Under the pieces are notes generated by a model. The model was not told the origin of the DNA, did not search any database, and saw only the letters and a list, made by a program, of their open reading frames with translations. Below, piece by piece: positions 26,538 through 36,638 of a DNA stretch of 64,000 bases. Source of the DNA: an uncultured Actinomycetota bacterium (lineage in GTDB: Bacteria > Actinomycetota > Acidimicrobiia > Acidimicrobiales > SZUA-35); contig CAVTAP010000013.1 in NCBI GenBank assembly GCA_963732695.1, forward strand, positions 265,611 through 329,610. Direction: 5' to 3'. The position numbers and the translations under genes are program-made. Every line of letters begins with the position of its first letter. Position 1 is the stretch's first letter.

Positions 26538-28886
26538 TTACTTGCCGCCCGGCTGCACCACGCCGTTCACCGTGAGGGTGTAGGGGGCGTACCGGATGGC
26601 CGTCTCCGACGGATCGTCGTAGGTGACCACGGCGGCAACGAAGTCGGCATCGGAGTCGATGTACTTGTCCACCTCGGCCTTCCGCTTGAGCTGGAAGTCG
26701 GCCGTGAGCGGGAGCCGCTTGATCGTGATCTTCGCTCCCCGGCGGGTACCCCGGTTGCGCTCCGACACGTCGCCGCTCTCGCCCCGGGTACGCACGCTGA
26801 TCAGCGTGACCACGTAGCCCGACACGGGAACCGGCTTGATCTCGGTGAACGACTTCCACCCGGCGGTGGACGAGCCGTCGGTCAGCACCGTGGTGCCCAC
26901 CTTCACGTTGTCGACCCAGAAGCCGGGCGGGATGGTCGCGTCGGTGCCGAGGCTGGCCGGGTCGTCGAAGACCCGGAAGGCGAGCAGCACCGTCTGGCCG
27001 GCGTAGGCGGCCAGGCTGCACGTCTCGGCCTTCCAGCCCCCCGAGTCGCCGGTGAAGCCGGGCACGTTGTCCTTGGCCGTGGGCAGCGCGTCGATGTTGG
27101 TGAGGGTGGTGGTGTCGGTGCAGGCCACGCTGGTATAGGTGGTCCCGCCGTCGGTCGACACCTGCACGAAGCCGAAGTCCCACCCCTCCTCGGTGTTCCA
27201 CCGGGCATCGAACGTGACGGCCGCCCCGGTGGTCGGCACTGCCACCTGCTGCACCGCCATCTCGTCGAGGTTGCTGGTGGCGCCGGCGTAGAGGGCCGGG
27301 TCACCGGGGTGCCCCGGAGGGTTGGGGTCGGAGGTCCAGGCCAGCGCGGCCGGCGGCAGCGACGTGGCCCCCTTGAAGCTCAGCGACTTGATCCGTTTGC
27401 CCTTGAGGTAACCGCCCTTGGCGTCCCGCAGGCGCACGTAATCGCTGCCGTTGGAGGGCGCCCCGGGGGTGGAGTACGCCTCCGGCGTGTCCCAGTTGAT
27501 CGTGGCGTGCAGCCCCGGAGTCGACAGGTTGGCCGCCTTGGGGCCGCCCTTGTTGATCGTGGCCCCGTCGTCGAGCAGGCCGTCCACGGCCACCATGATC
27601 GTCCAGTCGTGGAAGACGTCGATGGCCTTCTGCCTGCGCACCCCGAACTGGTCGAGCACCGCTTGGAGGCCGGCGAAGCCGTTCCCGTCGTTGCGGTGCA
27701 ACGCCGTCATGAACGGCGTGCCATAGCGGCCGGCCAGCATCAGCATGAAGCTGTAGGCGGCGCCGTAGTCGCACAGGATTTCGCCCGGGCCCTGGTCCTC
27801 CCAGCGGGTGAGCGAATTCTCCGGCCCACTGGCGGCCCGGGGGTTGGGGTTGGCCGGTGTCTGCTGCGACAGGTACCCCAGGAAGCACTGGATGTGGGAG
27901 TCGAACCCCAGGTCGGTGATCGGCTTCAGCGTGTCGACGTAGCCGGTGAGGGTCTGGGCCCAGTCCGACAGGCCCTCGTTGATCCAGTTGACCTCGTCGC
28001 CGTCCTCGTAGCTCTCCAGCAGATGCTGGTACTCGTGGGCGAACACGCCCTCGTACAGGTTGGGCCGGGCGGGGGCGCTGGTGCAGCCGTCCCCCGGCAC
28101 CGGCTCGTTGGGCGGGTTGGGTCCGGTGCGGTGCAGCCAGTCGAACCCGTCGATCGTCATCACGTTGCGGTCGAAGAACCCGTTGAGCTGGGACGAGAAG
28201 AACCCGGCGATGTACGACAACTCCTTGCTGTTGTTCAGGTCGTAGAAGTTGTCGTCCCGCACGTTGTCCACCAGCACCACCGTGCGCTGGCCCGGGCCCG
28301 ACGGGTTGTACGGTCGGGTTCGGCAGAGCGGTGTTGGTGCCGTCACGGGCCGGTGCCACGCTGAAGGCCGCCGACTCCTTGGGCAGGATGTTGTTCTGGA
28401 ACTGGTCGGCCAGGTAGCCGGCCTGGGTGTCGGATATCTCGGTGCGGGCGCCGTTGCGGCAGTCGTGTCGAGGAAGCCGAGACCCGACGACTGGCCCGAC
28501 GGTACCGGTATCGGCGGGTAGCAGGGTCCGGTCGACCCCGGACGCCACCCAGATCTCCACGTTGTTGCGGATGGCCCGCAGGGTGAACGTCTTCGCGGTA
28601 GTAGAAGCCGTAGACGTCGTCGAGGCCGAGCCAGTTGCGGGATTCGCCCACAGTCGGGTCTACAGGTGCCGCCGGCCGCGGCCTGAGGGGCAGCGCGCCC
28701 GGCTGCGGCCGCCGGTTCGGCCCCCACCACCGGAAGCGTGCCGTTGAGGACCTGCATCGACGGGTGCTCGGTGTCGTCGGCCGGTGGCGACGAACCGCCC
28801 GATTGGGCGCCGGCCGGCCCGACGGCCAGTAGCGAGGCGAGCATGCTCACCGATCCGACCAGAGCCAACAAGAGCTTCCTGCTCAT
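26538..28886 (-). CDS. Secreted M6 (immune inhibitor A/InhA-like) zinc metalloprotease; the native reading frame is disrupted three times in the 5' third
   Basis: Signal peptide MSRKLLLALVGSVSMLASLLAVGPAGA and zinc motif HEYQHLL. Codons ~70-200 of the long ORF are Arg/Pro-rich junk. Natural sequence (NWLGLDDVYGFYY; AKTFTLRAIRNNVEIWVASG...DCRNGARTEISDTQAGYLADQFQNNILPKE) lies in the other two frames (ORFs 28343..28651 and 27301..28560). Confidence 0.8.
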   Translation of the reverse strand: MSRKLLLALVGSVSMLASLLAVGPAGAQSGGSSPPADDTEHPSMQVLNGTLPVVGAEPAAAAGRAAPQAAAGGTCRPDCGRIPQLARPRRRLRLLLPRRRSPCGPSATTWRSGWRPGSTGPCYPPIPVPSGQSSGLGFLDTTAATAPAPRYPTPRPATWPTSSRTTSCPRSRRPSAWHRPVTAPTPLCRTRPYNPSGPGQRTVVLVDNVRDDNFYDLNNSKELSYIAGFFSSQLNGFFDRNVMTIDGFDWLHRTGPNPPNEPVPGDGCTSAPARPNLYEGVFAHEYQHLLESYEDGDEVNWINEGLSDWAQTLTGYVDTLKPITDLGFDSHIQCFLGYLSQQTPANPNPRAASGPENSLTRWEDQGPGEILCDYGAAYSFMLMLAGRYGTPFMTALHRNDGNGFAGLQAVLDQFGVRRQKAIDVFHDWTIMVAVDGLLDDGATINKGGPKAANLSTPGLHATINWDTPEAYSTPGAPSNGSDYVRLRDAKGGYLKGKRIKSLSFKGATSLPPAALAWTSDPNPPGHPGDPALYAGATSNLDEMAVQQVAVPTTGAAVTFDARWNTEEGWDFGFVQVSTDGGTTYTSVACTDTTTLTNIDALPTAKDNVPGFTGDSGGWKAETCSLAAYAGQTVLLAFRVFDDPASLGTDATIPPGFWVDNVKVGTTVLTDGSSTAGWKSFTEIKPVPVSGYVVTLISVRTRGESGDVSERNRGTRRGAKITIKRLPLTADFQLKRKAEVDKYIDSDADFVAAVVTYDDPSETAIRYAPYTLTVNGVVQPGGK

Positions 28887-28946
28887 CTACCCCCCTTTGT
28901 TGAAGGTGGCGCCAGTATCGATGAACAGGCATGGCCAGGCAACAGC

Positions 28947-28978
28947 AACGGCCCGGGGCCGTCGAGCCCCGGGCCGTT
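28947..28978 (-). terminator. Terminator candidate downstream of the MoaD-like gene
   Basis: 12-bp stem aacggcccgggg / ccccgggccgtt with an 8-nt loop. Confidence 0.55.
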
Positions 28979-29009
28979 TGCCCGCTTGATCAGTTGTGGG
29001 CGGTGAGCG

Positions 29010-29255
29010 TCAGCCGCCGGCCAGCGTGGGCAGGAAATGCACCTCGGCATCGGTCGGCAGCGATTCGAACACGGCGTCGGCGACGATCTCGCCGTTGATG
29101 GCCACCGACGTGCCGTGTTCCAGCCGTTCCCCGATGCCGGGGAACCGTGCGTCGAGGGTGCGGAACAGCTCCCGCACCGTCGACGCCTCGACCTCCACGT
29201 TGGCCTGGCCCCCCGTGAGATCACGCAGGGCCTGGCCGAAGTGCACGCGGATCAC
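29010..29255 (-). CDS. MoaD/ThiS-family ubiquitin-like sulfur-carrier protein
   Basis: 81 aa ending in ...LPTLAGG (C-terminal Gly-Gly). Beta-grasp-size protein directly after the molybdoenzyme genes. Confidence 0.75.
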   Translation of the reverse strand: MIRVHFGQALRDLTGGQANVEVEASTVRELFRTLDARFPGIGERLEHGTSVAINGEIVADAVFESLPTDAEVHFLPTLAGG

Positions 29256-31537
29256 AACGCCACCTAGTGCCCGTTCCCCGCTTCTTCTGGTTCAACGCGT
29301 CGAGCACCCGCATGGGCGACATCGGCAGGTCGGTGAGCCGGCAGCCGGTGGCGTTGGACACGGCGTTGGCCACGGCCGCCAGCGGCGGCACGATGCCCAC
29401 CTCACCCACGCCCCGCACGCCCCAGGGGTGACCAGGGTTGGGGACCTCCACGATGATCGTGTCGATCATCGGCAGGTCGGAGGCCACCGGGATCCGATAG
29501 TCGAGGAACGACGGGTTGTCCATCGTGCCGGACTCGGTGTGGACGTACTCCTCGTTGAGGGCCCAGCCGATGCCCTGGACGACGCCGCCCTGGAACTGGC
29601 CCTCCACGTAGCTGGGGTGGATGGCCCGCCCGGCGTCCTGGGCCGTGAGGTACCGCAGCACCCGCACCACCCCGGTCTCGGGATCGACCTCCACGTCGCA
29701 CACCTGGGTGCTGAAGGCGGAACCCACGCCCCGGGCGTTGAGCGACGCCGTGGCCGACACCGGGCCGCCGGTGCGGCCCCAGCCCTTGGCCAGCTTGGCC
29801 ATCGACAGCGGCGGCTCGGAGCCGTCGAGCTTCTGCACCTGGCCGTCGACCCATTCGACGTCGGCCACGTCGCAGTTCCACGTCTTGGCCGCCCGGGCCA
29901 TCAGGTCGACCTTGACCTTCTCGCACGCCTCGGTGACCGCCTGGCCGGTGGCCAGCGTGGTGCGGGAGCCGCCGGTGACGTCGTTGAAGCCGACGGTCTC
30001 GGTGTCGCCGATGAACGGCTGCACCCGGGCCACGTCGATACCGAAGGTCTCGGCCGCCATCAGAGCCATCGAGGCCCGGCTGCCGCCGATGTCGGGGGAG
30101 CCGACCACCACGGTGACGTTGCCGTCCTCGTTGAGGTGCACGGTGGCCGACGAGTTCATGCCGGCGTTGAACCAGAACCCGCTGGCCACACCCCGGCCCT
30201 GGTTGGGGCCGAGGGGGATCTGGTAGTTCGGGTGGCCCTTGATCGCCTCCAGCGTCTCCACGAACCCGATCTTGGGGAACTTGGGCCCGTAGGCGGCCTG
30301 GCTCCCCTCCACCGAGGCGTTCTTGAGCCGCAGCTCGATCGGGTCCAGGCCGACCTTCTGGCAGATCTCGTCGATCACGCTCTCCACGGCGTAGGCCGCC
30401 ATGGGGGCCCCGGGGGCCCGGTAGGCGGCCACCTTGGGCTTGTTCACCAGCACGTCGTAGCCCTCCAGCAGGAGGTTCTCGAACTGGTAGGGGGCGATCA
30501 TGGTCATGGTGGCGGCACCCACGGGAGAGCCGGCGAACGCCCCGGCCTCGTAGTACAGCTGGCTCTGGCAGGCCGTGAGCTTGCCGTCGTTGGTGGCCCC
30601 GATCTTCACCGTGATCTTGGTGCCCGACGCCGGGCCGGTGCCCTTGAACACCTCGTCCCGGTTCATCACGATGCGCACCGGGCGGCCCGTCTTCTGCGAC
30701 AGCCGGCCGGCCAGCGGCTCCAGGTAGATGCACGAGCTTGCCGCCGAACCCGCCGCCGATCTCGGCCGGGGTGACCTTGATCCGGGTGGGGTCGCAGCCC
30801 AGCACGGTGGCCGTCATCGTCCGCATGGCGAAGTGGCCCTGCGACGAGCACCACACGTGCACCCGGCCGCTGGGCAGGGCGTCGGCCACGGCGGCGTGGG
30901 GCTCGATGTAGCCCTGGTGCACCGGCTTGGTGGTGAACGTGCGCTCCACCACCACATCGGCGGCGGCGAAGCCGGCGTCGATGTCGCCCAGTTGCTGGAC
31001 CACCCGGCTCACCACGTTGGAGTCGGCCTCGGGGGCCGGCTCCACGTTCTTGGTGCGGGTGCCGGGGTGGAGGATGGGGGCTCCGGAGGCCATGGCGTCG
31101 TCCACGGTGAGCACGTGGCCGAGGACCTCGTAGTTCACCTTGATGGCCTTGATGGCGGCCTGGGCCTGCTTGCGGGTGTCGGCCGCCACCGCCGCCACCA
31201 CATGGCCCTCGTAGAGGACCTTGTCGCGGGCGATGATGTTGACGGCCAGATCGACGTCGGCGGCGCCGGCCCCGGCCTCCTTCAGGTCGGGGAAGTCGGC
31301 CCCGGTGACGATGGCCTTCACCCCCGGCATGGTCTCGGCCTCACTGGTGTCGATCGACACGATGCGGGCGTGGGCGTGGGGGGAGCGCAGCACGGCGCCC
31401 TCCAACTGCCCCGGCAGCATCATGTCGGCCCCGAAGCGGGCCTTACCCGTCACCTTCTCGTAGCCGTCGGGCCGGATCGGGCGGGTGCCGATCCATTTGA
31501 AGCCCGGGTTGGTGGTGTCCTGTTCGATGATCGCCAT
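29221..31537 (-). pseudogene. XDH/CODH-family molybdopterin-binding large subunit (second locus), one frameshift in this assembly
   Basis: The N-terminal part is natural in ORF 29402..31537 up to AEIGGGFGGKL. The C-terminal part is natural in ORF 29221..30678 from IYLEPLAGRLSQKTGRPVRIVMNRDEVF. The frames meet at about 30727-30733 (gtgcatctac). Confidence 0.85.
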
Positions 31538-31551
31538 GGTGGGTGTCCCCT

Positions 31552-32031
31552 TTACCCTTCAGATCCGTTGTAGTCAGCAGCGGCCAGCACGGCCCGGATG
31601 ATCTTGTCGTACCCCGTGCAGCGGCAAAGGTTGCCGGCCAGGGCGTAGCGCACCTCGGTTTCGGTGGGGTGCGGGTTCTCGTCGAGCAGGGCCTTCGCCG
31701 CCACCAGGAAGCCGGGGGTGCAGACCCCGCACTGCAGGGCCGCCCCCTCGAGGAACGTCTGCTGGAGGGGGTGGAGCTTGTTGCCGTCGGCGATGCCCTC
31801 GACGGTCACCACCGTGGCCCCTTCGGCTTCGGGGGCGAACACCAGGCAGGCGCAGGTGAGGGCGCCGTCCATGATGATCGAGCAGGCGCCGCAGTCGCCG
31901 GTGCCGCAGCCTTCCTTGGACCCGGTGAGGCCCACCTCGTCGCGCAGGGCGTTCAGCAGGGTGGTGTCGTCCTCGCAGAGGAACTCCACCTCGTCGCCGT
32001 TGACAATGCAGGTGACGTGGGTGCGGCTCAT
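31552..32031 (-). CDS. [2Fe-2S]-binding small subunit (CoxS-like)
   Basis: CGTGDCGACS, CGVCTPG and CRCTGY clusters. 159 aa, intact. Confidence 0.9.
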   Translation of the reverse strand: MSRTHVTCIVNGDEVEFLCEDDTTLLNALRDEVGLTGSKEGCGTGDCGACSIIMDGALTCACLVFAPEAEGATVVTVEGIADGNKLHPLQQTFLEGAALQCGVCTPGFLVAAKALLDENPHPTETEVRYALAGNLCRCTGYDKIIRAVLAAADYNGSEG

Positions 32032-32923
32032 CGTGATCCTCCGTTGGTGCTGGCTCCGTTGCTGCGGGCGGCGGCCCGTTCGGCAGCGGCGACCACGGCC
32101 CGCCGGGCCAGGACGCCGGCCACCTGTCGCCGGTAGGCGATGGTGCCCCGCTTGTCGTCGATGGGGTTGCAGGCGGCGGAGGCGGCTTCGGCCACCGCAG
32201 CCAGCGTCGGTGTCGTTGATGGGGTTGCCGACGAGGGCCGTCCTCGGCCGCCGTCACCCGGCGCGGCGGTGGGAGCCACGGCGCCGATGGCGATGGTGGC
32301 CGAGGCCACGTTGCCGGCGTCGTCGAGGGTGATGCGGGCGCCCGCCCCCACCACCGCGATGTCCATCTCGGTGCGGGGGATGAGGCGGAGGTAGGCGTCG
32401 CCGGTGCGGGCCGGGGCGTGGTCGAGCTCGAAGCTGACCACGAACTCGCCGGCGTTGCAGCTGGGTGCTGCCGGGGCCGGTGGGGATGTCCTCCACGGCC
32501 ACGGTGCGGGTGCCGCCGGGGCCGACGATCACGGCCCGCATGCCGTTGGCGATCATGGCCGGAACCGAGTCTGCCGCCGGGGAGGCGTTGCACAGGTTGC
32601 CGCCGAGCGTGGCCCGGCTCTGCACCTGGTCCGACCCGATGAGGCCGGCCGCTTCCACCAGCCCGGGGAACTCGGCGGCCAGCGCCTGGTTGCCCGTGAG
32701 CTTGGCGGTGGCGGTGGCGGCCCCGATCGACCAGTGGCCGCCCTCGTCGGACACCGACGACGGCCTGGCTGATCTTCTTCAGATCGACCAGCGCCTCCGG
32801 CTCGGGCCGGCCCGATTTGAGCTGCGGGATCACGTCGGTCGCCCCGGCGAAGACCTTGGCTCCGGGGTGTTCCGCCAGCAGTGTCGTTGCTTCTTCCACC
32901 GTCTTCGGTGCCAGATACTTCAC
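32028..32923 (-). pseudogene. FAD-binding medium subunit (CoxM-like), at least five frame disruptions in this assembly
   Basis: Natural segments are spread over three frames: MKYLAPKTVEEATTLLAEHPGAKVFAGATDVIPQLK... (ORF 31574..32923); VSDEGGHWSIGAATATAKL...GGNLCNASPAADS (32254..32754); EFVVSFELDHAPARTGDAYLRLIPRTEMDIAVVG... and ...CNPIDDKRGTIAYRRQV (32028..32441). ATGA overlap with coxS. Confidence 0.8.
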
Positions 32924-33064
32924 ACCATCTCCTTGTCGTCGTCGGTGCGGTGTCTCGTCGGTGCGCCCCCAGACGCCTCGGAGTGGTGGTTCCCGGGGCG
33001 CGCATCGGGCCGAGCGTCGTCGGTCAACCTATCGCGGGTGGCCGGGCGCGATCGAACGGGCTGG

Positions 33065-33961
33065 TCAGTCGCTGTTCTCGGCCCACCACGCCTCCACCGC
33101 CGCCCGCAGATGAGCGGGGTGGAAACCGGCCTTGGAATGGAACATGGCGCCGATGTGCTCGTCCAGCGTCTGGTCCAGCAATTTGTCGATGTCGGTGCGG
33201 CTGGTCATGGGCTCGTCCCAGCACATGTTGAGGATCGGATCGTCCCACGGATAGTGCCCGGCCTGGTGGAGCCCGAGCACCTCCTCGGCGTACACGCCGT
33301 ACAGCGTGTACTCGCTGAACCTCAGCTCCCGGGCGATGGTGGCCGCCCATCCGCCCCGGTGGTGGGTCTCCACGTGGGCCACCATCGCCTGCACCACGTC
33401 CCGGTGCCAGGGAATGAGGTTCGACACGTAGTTGACGGTGGCGAATGCCCCAGGCTCACCCAGGCCGAGCAACCGGGCACTAGCCCGGCGCCAATGGGGC
33501 AGGTCCTCGAACTCGGACCGCACCCGTGACAGGGCCAGCCGGTTCCCGTCGGTGAACCGGTCGATCCCGAACGGGCGGAGGAACACGACATCGGAGTCGG
33601 CGAACAGCACGAACGGCCGGTCCGAGCGGCAGGCGGCGGCGATCTTCATCAGCTGCTGGGCGATCCAGTTGCGGACGGGAGGGAAGCGGGTGCTGACCCA
33701 GGCCGAGCGGCCGGCGACGGTGACCTTGCGCACCCGGCCGGGGAGCACGTCCTCGGCCGTCGTGAGCCGCATGCGCTCGTGGCGGAAGGGCTCGAACAGG
33801 GGGAGGTCGGCCCGGTCGACGATGACCTGGTGGACCAGCCCCGGTGGGGCGAACCGCAGGAACGACTCGGTGAGGAGAGCGAACTGGTCCCGATCACCAC
33901 GGTAGGTGGGCGTGACCATGAGCCACGCCTCCGCCCGATCGTGCCCCTGAGCGTCGGCCAT
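33065..33961 (-). CDS. Hypothetical protein, possibly nucleotide-diphospho-sugar-transferase-like (DUF6492-type)
   Basis: Intact 298-aa ORF from ATG 33961 (gagggga Shine-Dalgarno). The block FVLFADSDVVF resembles a GT-A DxD region. Function uncertain. Confidence 0.35.
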   Translation of the reverse strand: MADAQGHDRAEAWLMVTPTYRGDRDQFALLTESFLRFAPPGLVHQVIVDRADLPLFEPFRHERMRLTTAEDVLPGRVRKVTVAGRSAWVSTRFPPVRNWIAQQLMKIAAACRSDRPFVLFADSDVVFLRPFGIDRFTDGNRLALSRVRSEFEDLPHWRRASARLLGLGEPGAFATVNYVSNLIPWHRDVVQAMVAHVETHHRGGWAATIARELRFSEYTLYGVYAEEVLGLHQAGHYPWDDPILNMCWDEPMTSRTDIDKLLDQTLDEHIGAMFHSKAGFHPAHLRAAVEAWWAENSD

Positions 33962-34047
33962 CGCCGTTCCCCTCGCCTGGTCCAGCCCCAAGGAGGTTGA
34001 TCATAGCGATATGAGAGCGGAGAAGAACGATCTGTACTGATGGTTGC

Positions 34048-35887
34048 TCAGGCGGGGGCGTTGGCGTTCTTGCGCTGCTTGGCCGCTCGGCCCCGCACGT
34101 TGGGGTCGAGCTCCACCTTGCGGAGCCGCACGCTGATCGGGGTCACCTCGACGCACTCGTCGGTGGCGATGAACTCCAGCGCCTGCTCCAGCGAGAGCAC
34201 CCGGGCCGGGGTGAGCTTCACCGTGTTGTCGGACCCGGCGGCCCGGTGGTTGGTGAGCTGCTTCTCCCGGGTCACGTTGACGTCCATGTCATCCGAGCGG
34301 GAGTTCTCGCCCACGATCATCCCGCAGTAGACGCCAACACCGGGGGCCACGTGCATGTCGGCCCGCTCCTGCAGGCTGATCAGGGCGTAGGCGGTCACCG
34401 GGCCCATGCGGTCGGCCACCAGGGAGCCGGTGCGGCGGGTGCGGATCTCGCCGCACCAGGGCTCGAAGCCCTCCATCGACTGGTTCAGCACGCCGGTGCC
34501 CCGGGTCTCGGTGAGGAACTCGGTGCGGAACCCGATGAGGCCCCGGGCCGGCACCAGGTAGTCGAGGCGGACCCAGCCCAGGCCGTGGTTGACCATGTCG
34601 GCCAGCCGGCCCTTGCGGGCGGCCAGCAGCTGGGTGACGGCCCCCAGGTGCTCCTCGGGCACGTCGATCGTGACCCGCTCCACCGGCTCGTGGACCACGC
34701 CGTCGATCTCCCGGGTCACCACCTCGGGCTTGCCGACGTTCAGCTCGAAGCCCTCCCGGCGCATGGTCTCCACCAGCACCGCCAGCTGGAGCTCGCCCCG
34801 GGCCTGGACCTCCCAGGCGTCGGGCCGGTCGGTGTTCAGCACCCGGATGCTCACGTTGCCCACCAGCTCGGCGTCGAGCCGGTTGCGGATCATGCGGGCG
34901 GTGACCTTCGACCCCTCCCGGCCGGCCAGGGGCGAGGTGTTGCACCCGATCGTCATCGACAGGGCGGGCTGGTCGACCTCGATCACGGGCAGGGGCCGGG
35001 GATCGGCCATGTCCACCAGCGACTCGCCGATCATGATGTCGTCGATGCCGGCCACCGCCACCAGGTCGCCCGGGCCGGCCTCGTCGGCCGGGACCCGGGT
35101 GAGGGCCTCGGTGAGGTACAGCTCCGACAGCTTCACCGAATCGAGGCGGCCGTCGACGCGCTGCAGGCCTACGGTCTGGCCCCGCTTCAGCGTGCCGTTC
35201 ATGACCCGGCACAGGGCCAGGCGGCCCAGGTAGGGGGAGGCGTCGAGGTTGGTGACCCAGGCCTGGAGGGGGTGGCCCTCGGTGTAGGTGGGGGCCGGGA
35301 TGGTGTCGCGGATCGTCTCGAACAGGGGACCGAGGTCGCCCCCGCCGTCTTCGAGGATGGGGGAGGCCCAGCCGTCGCGGGCGGCGCAGTAGAGGATGGG
35401 GAAGTCCACCTGGTCGTCGCGGGCGTCGATGTCGAAGAACAGCTCGTACACCTCGTCGACCACCTCGGCCGCCCGGGCGTCGGGCCGGTCGACCTTGTTG
35501 ATCACCAGGATCACGGGCAGGTTGCGGGCCAGGGCCTTGCGCAGCACGAACCGGGTCTGGGGCAAGGGGCCCCTCGGCCGCGTCGACCAGGAGCACGATC
35601 CCGTCGACCATGGTGAGCGCCCGCTCCACCTCGCCTCCGAAGTCGGCGTGGCCCGGGGTGTCGACGATGTTGAACGTGAAGTCCTTCCACCGCACCGAGG
35701 TGTTCTTGGCCAGGATGGTGATGCCCTTCTCCCGCTCCAGGTCGCTCGAGTCCATCACCCGGTCGACCACGGCCTCGTTGGCCCGGAACACACCGGTCTG
35801 GCGGAGCATGGCGTCGACCAGGGTTGTCTTTCCGTGATCGACATGGGCCACGATGGCCACGTTTCGCAGGTCATGGCGCGAAGCCAT
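34048..35887 (-). pseudogene. typA: Translational GTPase TypA/BipA, one frameshift in this assembly
   Basis: [31 protein letters not shown] and VINKVDR. The N-terminus is in ORF 34289..35920 up to VDAAEGPL and the remainder in ORF 34048..35565 ([12 protein letters not shown]...). An extra base lies near 35561-35574 (ggggccccttgcccc). Confidence 0.9.
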
Positions 35888-35989
35888 CCCATTCACCTCG
35901 TTCTGGTCGGCCTTGGCCACCGAACGGCAGTAGGCACAGCCCTCCAGCCTATCCGGCGTAAGGCGCTCCCGGTCAGTCCGGGCTCCGCC

Positions 35990-36583
35990 TCAGCTCGACG
36001 GGGGGCGTTCGGGGGCGGGGGTGGCTTCGCTCCAGTAGTCGGGGCGCACGTCGAAGGCCTCGATCATGCGCTGCCAGCCCGACGCCACCGACAGGGCGTA
36101 GCCCAGCTCCAGGATCTGGCCGTGGTCGAAGTGTTCCAGCAACTCGGCCATCAGCTCGGGGGCCACCTGGGGCTTGCCGTGCTCGGTGAGGGCGTCGGCC
36201 AGCTTGAGGGCGGCGATGGTGGCCGGGGGCAGGATGCCGACGGCGTCGGCCAGGTCACCGGCGGCGGCGTCGGCCTCTTCGGCGGTCAGTCCTTTGCGCA
36301 CCAACGATGCGCTACGGGCGAGGCTTCAATGGACGCACTGGTTGCGGAAGGCGAGCCGGATCCGGCCCAGCTCGACCATCTTGGGATCGAGGCTGGACCG
36401 GTCGGTGTAGATGAAGGTCACCCAGTTGAGGAACTGGTTCAGCACCTCGGGCTTACGGGCCAGGGTGAGGAACAGGTTGTCGTCGGTGTAGGCCTTCTCG
36501 AACCAGACGTCGAGCCGCTTGCGTAGCTCGGGGTCCAGCTCGGCCGGATCGGCCTTGGGGAGCATCCCGTGGTCGTTCGCCAT
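35990..36583 (-). CDS. Carboxymuconolactone decarboxylase (CMD)/AhpD-like protein interrupted by one in-frame TGA (36328..36326): candidate selenocysteine codon or nonsense mutation
   Basis: ORFs 36326..36634 and 35990..36304 share one frame. The junction reads RNQ-C-V-H-TGA-SLARSASLVRKGLTAEE, so the TGA sits at the second Cys position of the family CxxC motif. A hairpin lies at 36296-36312. Confidence 0.6.
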
Positions 36584-36638
36584 GATTCCGACAGTACCCG
36601 GCGGTGGAGTTGGGCCCCCAACGCCCGAAAACACAGCT

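Noticed and set aside
36296-36328. Reading the TGA in the CMD-like gene as just another assembly error.
   Set aside because: I have not fully rejected this. I gave it lower weight because all other lesions are indels, whereas this is a clean in-frame stop at a redox-Cys column. It remains the main alternative to the selenocysteine hypothesis, along with a genuine nonsense mutation.
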